A DNA stretch of 64,000 nucleotides from contig CM082581.2 in NCBI GenBank assembly GCA_040954595.2, positions 8,355,413 to 8,419,412 of the forward strand, given 5' to 3'. The translations under genes were made by a program, and so were the position numbers. Origin of the DNA: Balanoglossus misakiensis. Taxonomy: Eukaryota > Animalia > Hemichordata. Below are positions 1 to 14,354 of the stretch, in pieces (position 1 is the first letter of the stretch; each line of letters begins with the position of its first letter). Below the pieces are notes generated by a model, which made no database searches, had not been told where the DNA came from, and saw only the letters and a list, made by a program, of their open reading frames with translations.

Positions 1-139
1 TGTTATCACAACCATAAATCGAGTTTCGATGACATAGCGACTCTTCACGATGTGTTATAGCTATTCATCTTCTTCCTCGAAAGATCAGCCACGAGCACAT
101 TCTGTATTGCCGCAGGGAATTTCTGAAAAAATTACCTAC

Positions 140-3100
140 CACATTTAGCACCTGGGCCAGGAAAAGTTGTAGCTCCAGTTTAGTGGTGGTTCTTTGGCTC
201 ATCACCGGTCGGACAGTTTTGTCGTACGTGTGGTTCCTGAAGAGGAAATGTCGCAGTTCCACATGATCTTGGGATGCACTCGAATCTGTAAATAGACCAT
301 TGATGAGTTAGTCAATTCAGTCAAAAAAAGGTTGAAGTTTAGCTCCGCTATATAACACGGAAAGTTATCACTATTGGAAGCGAATACATGTACATGTATG
401 TACGTATATGTATGCAAAGTATACAATTAGGCATCGTGTATTGGGCGAGACCAACTTTGGAGGTCTGGGCTTTGGCAACTACCCACCACTGCTGAAATTA
501 CACCGTTTTGGGAATTTAGCGGCTGTTTAGAATACACCGTCATCAAAATGACTAATCGCGTCATTATTGACACGCGAGTACAGTAGGTTTTATGCTCGCC
601 TTGGAAAAGTCAGAATGAAATTACTGACACCGATATGTCGGTAGTAAACAATGGTCGATTCAGTCTGTGAACGACATCATCGAGACGTACACGTTGTACT
701 CTCGCTGCGTTGTGATGAATTTAACCACACAACGCGTGATTGATTGTAGACACGCTAATGAATTTGCGAGAGCTGTTTCTCTCACCTCGCTGCAGTGATT
801 AAACCTTCGAAGAAACGGCGTATTTTTTTCGAAAGAGCAGGTCACACAGTTTGTGACGCTGCGGTGCTTGTACGATGAGCAATAGCGCGGATTATATTGA
901 TGAAATACAATTACAATTGTGTGTACCAGGGGCATATTCCTTGACGGTGTACAGATTGGTTGTATTAAATCGAGGATCGATCTGACATGTTTTTTTCCGT
1001 CAAACGATAAATTGTGTTTGTGGTTTCCTTCCATCAATTAGATTATGTGAGAAATCTGAGTGTGGCTTTTATTTTCAGAGAAATGATCCTGACACATATA
1101 AAGAGTGGAAGGGCACACACAACACCTATGGTATTATGTCATGCAAAGTTGCAACAAACGGAAGCCGACGACAAGCTTCACTAACTGCAGACTAGAAAAG
1201 CAGCATTCCACTAGACCTGTGTTCACGGTTGTTAAGCGTCTATTGGAGAAGGGTATTTTAGAGCGACAATGATGCAAGAAAAGTTCCGAAACCAGCCGGG
1301 ATGCAGCAAAAGATATTCAGTATTCACGGCACAGCTGAACGCAAATTTCTAAAACAAAAAAAGTTTACCAGACGTTACCAAAACCAATCTGACAATTAGC
1401 AAGCAAGCGAGGACGGAGAAAAAATTAAGAACTGTTTCGAACCTTTTGCCATCCCGGCCGTCGATGAAGACTGTCGACGCTGACGACGACGTGATTTCGA
1501 TTATTTTGGTCAAGATTTCAATGGCTGCACATTCCAGAAACAAAAGCATTGGAAGTCGCCCTTTCTTGGGAAAAACGGGCATGCATCGCCACGTGAGAGA
1601 ACGTGGACCAAGTAATAAAATGCAAAGCAGCCGGAGCCAAGAGTTACTGACAGGTGGTAAAACACTCGCCCACGCCAAGGGATGCGTTGTAATTTAAAGT
1701 AAAGCGCCCTCTCAGAGGCGCGATAAAAATAGCACCTTCATTAATCACCATCACTTATATAAGCTATAAAAGTGGTAAAAAGGGGACAGCTCGTGAGAAC
1801 CCCGAGTTATTTTCCATTCTCATTAAATTTAACAGCGTGCTTTCATTACGGAAGAGTAAGACTAGAAACTGACGCAGATTCATGATGTAACACGAGTCTA
1901 AGTGTTTTGATCTTGAACATCCATTGATGACAGGGTTGTTGACTCAGCTCCGATGAAAAAATATCACAGTCCTTTTCAGTGACAACATACTTTCTCTGAT
2001 TTACGCTGTAAGATGTACAGGGCTTCTAGAGTCGTGGATATTGCTATGCATACATATGAGGGCATGCCTTGACATGAATATTTGCACTAAGCGTATACAT
2101 TCAGGTAGCCTACGTTGGGGCGCGTTTGATGATGTTGTCTTCTAGCATTTGTGACTTTGTGGTAATATAACCATGACAAATGATGGTGGTGGAGTAGGAG
2201 GTGGTGATGGTGGTGGTGGTGGTGGTGGTGGTGGTGGTGGTGGTGGTGGTGGTGGTGGTGGTGGTGGTGGTGGTGGTGGTGGTGGTGGTGGTGGTTTTAA
2301 AAGACAATATCTATAAGATGACAATTACATAGTCAATGACGACGACAGTCGATGCCAAATACATCGTTATCTAGCACATGGTGACATTCTACAAGAAATA
2401 TCTGCACGTACAGTGAATTTCTGTGGTGATATTAAACAGCTAAATGTGCGCTGGTCATTAAAAGAAAAGAGACGATAACGTTGATATTGACGTCGACAGA
2501 TTCTGAAGTCACATGACTTCCTAGCTACTCTCCCATCGAGACTCGCTATATTAAATTTTATTGTGCGGGATGTACTACTGCATGTCATTTCGAAGCCGAT
2601 TTGAGGTTGACTTAATTACACTCCTCCGTGTGCGCAGGTTACTCGAACTTTATTAAAATTCGAGATATGGCGTCGTGTCTGCTTGAGACTCGCATGTTCT
2701 GCCCACCCGCTGAGTGTCTTCTGCTATCAAGAACGTTAATATTATATGCCCGCGTTAACCGTCGTGACATGATTCTGTCGTTCCTCGCGGATCTGTATTT
2801 TCTGCCAAGGGAATGTCACGAAGATCAACACTGTAGCGGAAATTTCCTGTGTCATAGGCGATTCTGCCCAATTTAGACGTTTCTTTTAGTTTTTGCACTT
2901 ACACACGTAATTAACCTGTCCAGTAAGATTTGTCAGATATCTGCGTTGGCATGTCATTTCTACCAGAACTCATTGGGTTCATTTTATTTTTAACATATTA
3001 TATTCTTATTTTATTGGACGGGGACTCAGTGGCACCAGTCTCAGTATCGGTATAAAACATTGAAATACTTGGTAGAATTCAGCTGTTTTTCTTATGGATA

Positions 3101-6100
3101 TCATTTTGTATTTATTTACCTGTCAATAATCTCACATGCAATTCTGTCGAGGACGTAGGGCCTATACGAGGTGGTGCATGCATTCGGTCTGGTCGGAGTA
3201 ATTACACGCGGTATTAAGTTTGTTGACTTTCAGATTGGTATCACTTTTTTATCTGCCACCGCCACGCGCATGCTAATCGCCCTCTTAGTCACTTTCACAT
3301 TCAGAAGGAAGGAAAGTGAATGATAAATCTCTCCTCGGAGACCACTGATTGGTTGGAGTTAATGTGTCTTTCGTGTATGTGCTTCTAAATGTTGATTACA
3401 ATCAGGGGCCAGTGGACAGATTCGCTGCGTTCGTGATCAGAATGCTTAATCTGCAGTTGTGTTTATGATGCCAGTGACAAGCATAGGTGTATTTCTTATG
3501 TCAATTAATCAATCAACTGAACAATTTAGGCTGTACGCTGTGATATCCCCAATCAGGTGGAACGGTCCCCTACACGGGAACATGATGCAGTGTAACACCT
3601 TGAAGGACGTTTCAATTTAGCAAATTTGATGAAAAATCTGGAAAGGGCGGGATGAATCCGAGTGATGTAAGCTACAAAGTATAGCATTATACATTGTACA
3701 TGTATGTTAGAATAAATTTTACCGTCTAATTTTAGGTGATGTACAATGTAAACACTTAGTCGCAAGATCATGCAGTGAATGAATTGCAATCACATTGATC
3801 AGGAGAGGGGGGAACAGAGACAGACAGATGTAATACCACTACCACCACCACCACCATCATCACCATCACAACCACCACCACCATCATCAATGCCACCGAA
3901 ACATACCACATTCATTAGGACATGTTCTCTCCCTTGATAGTAAACCCTAACAGACCCCAGTTCATGCCAAAACCGTCTTACCAAGAGATTAAAAAGCCAT
4001 AAAAATAAAGAATTCCATTAACCTGCACACATCCCAGGGAAACCTAATGTATGAATTCACATCTTGGACAGGTGACCCACATTCGTTACGTCATTCAATT
4101 AGCATATCAATTATCTGATAACCACTTCCGCAGGATTCTCCCGTATCTTTCCGCCCAAGACCATTTGCGCCGGATGTAACGGTAAAAAACTACGTAATTA
4201 CTTTGAGTAAATTGCATTTCCATTTCAAAATACAAATTAAAACGCCGAAGAAGTTATCTTTTGACCTTTTGGTGAAAATAAATACCTTCTTTATGGTTCT
4301 AGCTCTTACTGGCGGCGATTTCGGTAAATGAATAATGTGGAAAGGAAAAAACTCAAATGCAGTATACGTACATATATATACACAGAGACGTGTTGGCAAT
4401 GTGGATTTTTTTTCGTTTTAAAAATCTTGGATTTGCTTAAGTCGTAGAACGCGCGCGTTGCAGTGTTTGTTTCGGAATCGCTAGATTAAAAAAAATGAAA
4501 GTACCTCTCGCGCTCGGTCGGCTGACTATGACACACGTTCAAACATTTCAACGTGAGCAGAAAAATAATGAAATTCGGTTATTATTGTGTGACTGTAATT
4601 GATTTCGTTAAATTGATTTGACCTGACATGCATCAATCTCTTTGTCTCAATTTGTAGTTTTATCTTGCACATTCACCGCAGTTATCTCGATAGTTATGAA
4701 AAGTACGCGGATATTAATCAGGACGAAGGACAAAGGTATAATTACGATGCATTGTTTAGTTGCGCCGGTGCGTGCAGTTTCTCAATACCTGTCTGGCCCG
4801 GAACCCCTTATTTTCTCTGTGCCATTTTCTTTAATTGTATAGCCACAGGAAAATAAGCTTAATAAGCTTTACCTGTCACAGAACGCAATGTGGACTCGAA
4901 AATGCCAAAAGTCGCCACCTGTACACAGGTAATCGGAATAGTTCACAAGTCGTATTGCAACAGTGAAAACGTCCATATTAAAATTAACATTCCCGTTCTT
5001 TTGGGTTGCAATAAGAGCATTTTGTCAATTTATTAATGGTTTTCTATTTTTATTTAAATTACTAGTACATTGGTACGTTGTCTGAAAAAATAATATGGGT
5101 ACAAGTCCAAAATGTTTTTCAATTTTAGGTTAATGAAGTTGTTGGAATGGGGGGTGGGGGGGGGGTCTGAGGCCTAACTTAAGCAATTAAGTTAGATTTA
5201 TTATATTGAACTTTTGATGTTGCCCCTTATACCCTCAATACATTTTGTCAGCTGGACGTCTTCTAAATACCGATGAATGAGATAAAACAACTATGCATAT
5301 CACGTTCGCGCAGATCTAATTACTTCAGAACAGTAACCCTGTACACTCCCTCACGGTATATAAATAATTATTCATCACTTATTAAATCTGTCATAAACCA
5401 CTTTTTACATCTATCCTCTCTCCCTTTCCATTAAATGCCAACGGAAACTGACGAAGATTGATGGTGATTCTTGCTAAGCGTTTATTCAGCTGCGAGTGGT
5501 GGTTAAAACAGGATACATATTACTCTTTGAACACACTTTTCATAATACGTTATCTCCATCTAAGAACACGACTCTAGTTCATCGCATTTAACCCCCTTTA
5601 CGGTCAGGCAAACGAGCGCCTTTGATGAGGTAAATGAAAAACTATAGAGCGTGCGCGGACTTTGTCCAGAATGAAGTGGTCTGCGCTGCACCATGAATTA
5701 TGAAAAACAACTGGCTACCAGGAATGCCGTGTCACATTGGAAGATTTGTCACCTAATATTTCTGCAGTTGGAATTTGGTATACCAATGCAGAAATGGGTC
5801 GTATTACTTACAATGTACACTGTGAACGAGGACAACAACGCCATCGCTAGCCTTCAAAACTGCCTAAAACTACCCGAAGTATCAAACGGTTGGCAGCCAA
5901 AGAAATGCCATGAAAATATCACGTGGTATGGAATCGAAAGCACCATGTGTAATGTACAAGAATATTTTATATCTGACAAGTCTGGCTGTTTACTAATAGT
6001 ACTCGACATAGTGACAATAACATACTCGACATGTCTGTGTGTTTGTCAGACATTTTGCCCTTACATGCATCTGCGAGATACCAAAACACTATGTTGTTTA

Positions 6101-9100
6101 GATCAGTGTACAGTAGGACTACATGTATATCCCTCAAAACAGCGTTTTGTTTTATGCACACTGGGAGCGTCTTGGAATTCGGGAAACGCGCTGATTACTG
6201 GCATTATAAGCCAATTACCGGATAATTGGACTATTTACTCCGAAACATTGCTTGCTTCAGTACGCAATTACCCGTATAAAATGCAACGTGTAGCGCGCGA
6301 GAGAGGTTTACCTCGTAAAGGAACGTGAGATTCAGCTAATGCGGTGATTATCCGTAAATTCACTTTCTTTGATCCGAATCTGTGTCGTCGCACCCATACC
6401 TGTACAGTTTCTGTAATTGCGCCTGAGTCTAAAAATAGCCTAAAATACCTTAAAGTGCATGAGAGAGTTCACAGTGGTCACACATTAATTACTTGATGGG
6501 GTACACACCACACAGTCCTACAGGTCTGTCGCCCAAGAAAAAACAAATTCCACTATCAATGGAATCATAGGAACTCCACACACACGTGTGTGTTTCCAAC
6601 ACTTCAAATTAAGCCACCCTCACACGACGAATATAAGAAATTTCGAAATCATGTAATCTGGCTTCAATAATGCAAAAGCACCACATGCAAATTTCTATGT
6701 GACATCTGGCGTAATACCTGTCCATTTCCGGTTTACACCAGATCACATTACTGGTAATTTGTGCAATGGACTGCTCAGTCACGAATTTATGTATATGACA
6801 TATCATAACTCCATTTTGATATCCAGTGAGATTAGTTATCTGTTATGGAAAAAATCAGACATTGCCATGGAATCATCATGCCCGCTGGCCGTTCTGTTGG
6901 GCGTAAAGATTATCCCCCATTCACGCACAATTACATCGTAACCATTAAATGTCACAATTGACGAGAAACAAGCTGGGACCGACGGATTTTTTATTTTCAA
7001 GTGGCTGGTATTTGTAACCAAGGACCTGGCGTTTATATGTGTATGCAAAATGTACGGCAGATGGTTCAGACGAAATTGTGTTGACATAAAGAAAAATTGA
7101 ATCGTTGTGTTTTTGTTCGCTTCGGAAAGAAACACAGTCTGGTGTACATTTGTATACATGCAGAATTGTCGCACTCAAGAGTGCATTACACGTACAAACT
7201 CACCGAGTATTTCGAGTATCAATAACATCATTACAACATCAACAACAACAAAACCGTGACCATTATCATCATCATCAACCACCTTCAAAAAATTATGTAC
7301 GTACACATCACCTTTCTCACCTCACGAACGGAAAGATGAATTAAACGTAGCGACGGTTATCTATTCAGAAGGAATGTTTAGAAGAAGATTCATCATTCGC
7401 CAACAGCCGTGCGGGTAGTAGGTAATGATCTATGTACAAATTGCAATAGTGCATTGTCAAGAGAAATCCCCAATTGAAGCAAGATCACACACAGTCTTGA
7501 AGCCTACGAGAAGGGTTAATACTGTAGCCTGATACCTGTATGCATTTTTACACTTTTGATTCGATATGGTGGAGATTTGAACAATAAGCTCAACAGCATG
7601 CCAACGCGTCATTCATCAACGTTCACCGCCGTCGTCAAGCTGTTTCCGTGATTACAAAATGTCGTTTACAGTGTGTATAAAAACGGCGCCATGCGATGTT
7701 TAATAAATGGCTCGGTGTGAAAGTTAAGATGTCAGAATATCTAAATCCAAAGTCCTTGATGGGGGTTTTGCGCGGCTGTGTTTGTATACAGCAATCTGGT
7801 TGGGTATACTTTCATTTTATGCCATGATGTTTGACTAGTAAAACCGGAAGCATCCTGGAGCCGAATTATGGACAACATAATGGGGGGGGGGGGGGGGGGG
7901 GGTCGTACCCACCAAAGTCAAATCTGTGAAAGATAGATCATGTAAAATGTCAAAACACGGTGACATTATCCCTTTGACAACTAAAAGCAGTGATGACAAT
8001 TGCAGTTATCGCGTCATCGAAGGATGTCGATTATCTGTCATACATCTTACGGTCGCAGGAGATGCCAGACACCCACTCAAGGTGCTCAGAATTAAATGTA
8101 CGTGAGGAGAAGACTAAAAGAAGCGGACAGGACACTCTTGGTTCCATCGCTTCCTTGCATTTCAACAGACAGATCATGTATACTCGGACAACGTGTAATA
8201 TGATGCAACGTGACAGTACGCGTTGATCGTCTTTCAAATGTGGACTCTATTTCACTGACTGGACACAACATTAATTTCCTGTCGGGCCAATACTCCACAG
8301 GGTGTCTGAGTCATGACATCATGGCTGTATACCTGAAGAGGGCGGTCACAAATCTATGGCGAGGGGGGTGGGGGGGGGGGGGTTATTTCACTCTTGTACG
8401 CGCGACGCGGAGGGATACATCCAACACCGTGTCTCTGAAAGAAGTTCGCGGCACGTTCTCTACCTGTAAAAAGGATCACTTCCCTTTGTGACGAGTTTTA
8501 TGGAGACAACGTTAACTTCAAGAAACAACGTGTTCCTGGAATTCCAATTTACACGGAGCCCGTATCTACACGTATACAGAAACCTAGATTTTACCCCAAA
8601 TACAGTTGTTTTAGTTATCAGTGCCTTCGCGACGAAATGTATGCATGTTGAAACACCTTGAAAATCTGTCATGATGGCAATGAAGTTTTAACACAAGATA
8701 ATAGCAATCGATAGTTTCATAGAAGACATTTAAGAAACTCGGTGTGCTAAACTTGAAACTGAACACATCGTTTCGATGTAACGTGTCTTCAAGACACACA
8801 TTCCTATTTGATAGACGTCATCGACTTGTTATTTAAACACTGATTTAAGTGACAATAAAATCGAATGTCTGAGGATGAGATTACCATACCTTATCGCCAG
8901 ACATGTCGTTGAATTTCTCGGTGTCGTAGACGCGTATGTTGAGAATGTATGTTTTAATAGAACATATATCCATGTCAATCATTAACTTGACGAATGGCGA
9001 GAGTGTTGACTCACTATAGCACATATACAGAATGGCAGATGTGTTATGTAAAAATGTGTAACTTTTTATACTGGAAATTAAAATTCCACTGACACATTGG

Positions 9101-12100
9101 GTCTGTATACGATATTTACGATAAGAAAGGGACTCTGCGTGAAATGTAACACAAATTTCACCGTTAAATTTGCTGTTGTGGACAGCTACGGCGAATCGAC
9201 GTCCACTCTGATGCGCAAGGAAATTGGCGCCAAAACTAATCTGGCAGCAATTTCCTCACATATCCACCGAGTGCAGTGTACCGTGATTACCGTTGACCTT
9301 GTCGTGTGTCGACGTCCGAACGACGCGCATCTGTATCAGGTCATCTCGTTTGACTCGCGAGAAATTCAATCACGGTCGTCAAAACAAAACGGATGTGAAA
9401 AACATCGAGTAAGCACCGTACACGATTCGCCAAGGTGCGGATAAAGGTGGATTTCCGGCAAGCCAAGCCTTGACGAAGAAGCAGGGATGCGCCATAACTT
9501 ATCGGGATGGCATTTTGAGCCGCATCACGAAGAGAGATAAATCCGCGATATGCAAATTAGGTAGTTGCAAACAGGAAACCCTGCAACCTGGCCATTTGTC
9601 TGCGTTGCAATAATAAGAAGCGATTGCACAGGGTCATTGACATTTCCTAAGTTAAAGGTTGTACACTCGGGCTCTTCAGTCTCCGCCCACGCTCCAGAAA
9701 ACAATAATAGAGTCACATCGTCTTGTTGGCTCAGCCAACCGACATTTCGACCCAATCCAATAGGTTATATCCTTGAGCGAGGCGATAAGGCTTTCAATAT
9801 CAAGTCAATGAATCTTCGCGGCAGGCTTTCAAATTAAGGACATGACTACGTTAGGGTTTCGTTGACTCTTACATGTACTAACTCAGTGAAGTGCGCGATG
9901 TGCCGCCTTACTTAAAGCCCCCCCCCCCCCCAGTTTACTTATTACAGTTAAACAGCCCAGCTCTAACATATAATTTCAGATCCTTTTAAGCCTAAACGGG
10001 GTAAAATATTCATCTTTTGGTGTTATACAGGTTTTTTAGCCACGAGCAGTTAAATATTTATGTTACTTGAAAAGAAACACAGGCAGAGTCGTATGATCTT
10101 TAAGTTCTGCTCACGCCTTTCGTGTGTGCAAAACGTGTAAAAACTTTATACAGCTACCGTATGTGTGCGATCAAACTATTATGTGCCAGGAGAGAGTAGA
10201 CTAACTATCGACATCTCAACATGTTTCAGTAAAGAAATCAAAGTGAATAACTTCCCCGCACCTAATTCTACTATAGTAGTGTATAACATAAACAGTTATT
10301 TTCTCTGATTGCCCTTTTTGGGGGGCTCGTAACCGAAACGTTCGCAGTCAGCTCGTGTAGAAAAATATAGTGCGTGAAAATCGTGGATAGGCTATGAGTC
10401 TAGTTATATGGAACGTAAGCAACATACGCGATTCCTCGGGGGAATTAAAGTGCCCTTGTGGCTTTGATTCGAATAGAGATCTCGGATTAAATCATCAAGT
10501 GTATTCTGACATGTAACACAAACCCCCTTAGGATTATATGGAAGTCCCAATGCATTGGGTTATATACTGCACCTGTCGAATAAATGTCTTTTATATCCTT
10601 CTATGTGTGATTATCTTGATTGGAAGTTGCTTTTTATATTTTGTTATTTGCAGTATATCGAGTGTGACGTGCATTTTCTGGCTGAACTGTCGACGGCAAA
10701 ATGAGGTCAGAGTCGCTGAATTTTTGTCGATTTTAATTTTGTCAACTTGGTGCTAATATATGTGGCTATTAAAACCCGCAATAAAGTAATGGCCTACTCA
10801 TTCAATGATTGCAATTGCGCATCGACATTCGTGATTATTGTAAATGGGCCAGACGGCAGGGTTGTACTTTCAACAAAGATCCCAAACTGTGCAACCACCG
10901 GACGTCATGCATCACTGCAGTGAACTATAGCACAGATCACCGATGGGTTGGCTTTAAGAAATTTGGTGTTAAGGTTGCGGAAAGTTGCCGTGGCAACGAT
11001 TCTTTTATGGAAATGGGTTGCCTGCTGGTGCTGTCCTAGAAGTGTCGTTTTTCTTCTCAAACAGATGGAGCCCAGCTGAGCGGATTTGAAAGCAACTATG
11101 CATGTACAGAATTCTCGGATTCGACTCGTACTGTCGTTTTCGACAAACTTATAGTGCAGATGAGATGGGCGGTTTTGCAGATAGTATAATTGCATTTGAC
11201 TGTTCAGATACATGAATTGGTGGCCCCTTATACGAGAATAACCCATCAAGGTCGTGATTCTAGACTATGACTGCGCGTATTAAACCACTACACGCGAAAT
11301 ACGCCCAGGGAACATAGCACACACGCTCGCTTGCGCGTCTAAAACCACAGCCTGTGTGGCCAGCCTAGTAAACAAATGCTGCATCCGTTCCTAAAACAAT
11401 GTCAATTGTTTGGTATATTTGACAAATGCGACATATTGCTTTGCTTGCACGCCTTTTATGATGAAATAACGGCAACATCGGATTCCGTCGAATGAAAAAA
11501 AATGCAATGAAAGTGGATTATCAATATTGTCATATCGCATTTGGGATATTTATCACATTGACACCGTGACGGATTGCACTGTCAAGCTGAATTATGATAT
11601 ATCTATATCCCCTCTTGTTTGGTAAAAACAGCTGTGCAACGTTTACCTCCACAACTGCTGTGGCGTGTCACTCGCACACCGACGAATCCTTCGCGTCGTT
11701 TTAAATACACTTTACTATCCGCACATCTTGCAAATTCGGTTTTAACTTTTAAGTGTCCGTTTGCAACTAATCGTCACGCTTTATTTAATAGAACCGCTTA
11801 ATTGCAAAAGCATGCCGACCCATTAGCACAAAACCCTCACGGAAAAGCAAATGTCGCGACTATTAATTACCAGTGTAATTGATATTGATTAAGGCTTTGC
11901 GTCATTTCCCGATTCTTGGAAAGACTCCTCGAGTGTGTAAAATAATATTCGCTTCGTAATTTTATAATTTGTGTCAACTCCGTGGACCGTCGAATTGGAA
12001 TTAAATTATTTTACAGTATGGACATTTTCGAATGAGATAAATCACTATTTATTATTGTACGTGTGTTTTCCATTATCTTAAGTCAAACGTTTACGCAATC

Positions 12101-14264
12101 CGTTGTCATTGTTCGTGTGTCTGAAATGGTCAGATACACTCAAAGAACGGTCCATGTGCGACATGGCAAGACAAATGGAAACCGTTGTCGTTAGTTTTCT
12201 GCGCGATAACAGCTGTCTGTTTGCACTGTGAACATTTACTAAAACTCCCACTTTCACAAGCCTAAGCTTTACTACAAACAATGTCACGTGGTATTTGCTG
12301 CGTGGAAAGTATGGCACTTGAACATTCGTAATGTTCATCACATTGAAAGTCAATTTTAGGGTCCAATTTTCAAATAAAGCGACCACAGTTGTGCACTTGC
12401 TCCTGCAGTACTCATGTGAATACTTGCTAGCTAAAACGGGCAGCAGCAACTTGCAGAAACCTCTCGATTAAACGAGGACTTGATTTATACAGTCGTTGAC
12501 AGAAACTATAAATCGGTCACTAGCAGGTCGCTTGAAGTGGCTTCCATATTTGCAAATCATCGTTTTCATCATATCCACCCTACCTCAAGCAAGACCTTGC
12601 CAAGTACTGCGCCAAGATGATTTATTGCCAATAACATCAAAATTAACTGCGTTATGAAGTGTTATGAGTTAAGCTCAATTTCATTCGCTTACAGAGCTTG
12701 AAATTGGATTTTATAAGTCTCAACGCCGCCAAACCAAACGCGCTGTGGGTGGCGAGACTCGTGCGACAGTGTCTGCTTTGCGGGGGGGGGGTACAAATTT
12801 TAAAATTAAAGCTATTTTATTTTCTGCAAATGGAAAGTCGGTTAAGCCGAGTGGAATACGTCAGCATTTCACCGCCTCTTCCAATCGGACAGAGAAAGGC
12901 CGACAAAATAACGCAAAATTCCCCTGGGGCCTGTTGATCTTTCAACTGCAGTACGAGACGTGAATCTGTAGTAGATATGTAAGTTGGGAGAGAATTCAGG
13001 TTTTGCGCTCAACTACAGGACCGAGATGAATGAATTTATGCATGTGTGTTAAACTCAAAAGGCACTGGTGCGTAAACTAAGATTAACCAGTCCTCTTAAA
13101 GAGCATTTCCCATAAAATGTTAGTCGTAATTAGTGGTTCTTAATTAGTAAAACTGCTGATTAGTTACACCCATTAAGGTGTCGAGGATTATATTCATCAC
13201 GTGACATCCTCCACTCAAAGCCATCTTGCTCTTGTAAAATATTCATCGGCTTATTCCCAACTTATTTGGTATCCTGCAAGACACCATTTTGAATAAATTT
13301 ACAATTATGCGTTGAGCTGCCTGTCGAACAATGCGGCGGTAGACCCAGATGTTAGCCAGTACAAAATGACGTCTGTTTCTGTGCGCTTGTTTATTCATCT
13401 GTTTTTCTCGATATAAAGTAAATTAATGTCCTTCTTCATAGAAATGGCAGGTGCATTTATATACACAACACAATTATCTTCGAAACATGAACGTCACAAA
13501 CACAGAATTGTCGTGGTGATAAACAAGCTATACAGTCACAATCTCAACCCTGGATCTGAATTCCATCCGGTTTTCTATGCTGCTTTTTGACGACGACGCA
13601 AACGTCTTAAACACCCCCACCGGTTATTAAAATACTTCGAAGGTAACTGCAAATAATACGGGGGAAATAGCTTCTGCTTCACGGGAGAGGAGACAACTGA
13701 CCCGTGAGATCGCCCTCTGGGCTGCCGAACTTTCTGGCATCGAGCAATGCGAGCGGAGATAACCCTACACCATCTCGGTACTACGTTTTCTAAATTCTCA
13801 AGCGCGTCAGGAAATCAGAACACTGATCGAAGATCACTCCAACAAACTGATCACACTATAAATGACATCTCAACAAAAAACATTTGTAATGGTGTTTTGA
13901 AGCTTTTGTTTACCTTGATCGCCTTGTGAATTAAAACCAATTAGTTAATTGATAACACGATTTGGTAATTACCGGATATTAACGCCACCAGTATTAACAA
14001 CGAATATTTTAATAAGGATTATAAAGGTCACGCAACCTATTCCGTTCGACAAAGGATGTTTAACACCGCAAAGGATAAAGAAAACAGCCGACCTTCAAGT
14101 AAAATACTTTTAAAAATAAATTTATGACGCTTTCCGTTGAGAGTAGTATTATTGAATCTTGTTTCAGAAAAAAAATATTGTTTAATTACGGGGATAATAA
14201 GAATGTGGTCGATGACGAACGCTAGCTAAGATCTGTTGCTGCGAGCAACGAGATGGTGTTTTTA

Positions 14265-14354
<90 letters not shown>

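Noticed and set aside
1316-1337. ttcagtattcacggcacagc resembling a REST/NRSE site near the nAChR gene
   Set aside because: Fitting the consensus needs several mismatches and indels.
2110-2324. Poly-Thr and poly-Pro ORFs
   Set aside because: They are translations of the (GGT)n microsatellite.
5693-6328. 211-aa ORF inside the nAChR intron
   Set aside because: No recognisable motif, intron-like composition and no supporting exon structure.
7882-7902. Poly-G/C runs (also ~5148, 8363, 9918, 12782, 14542, 52486) as functional G-quadruplex elements
   Set aside because: These are scattered homopolymers, probably repeat remnants, with no positional pattern.
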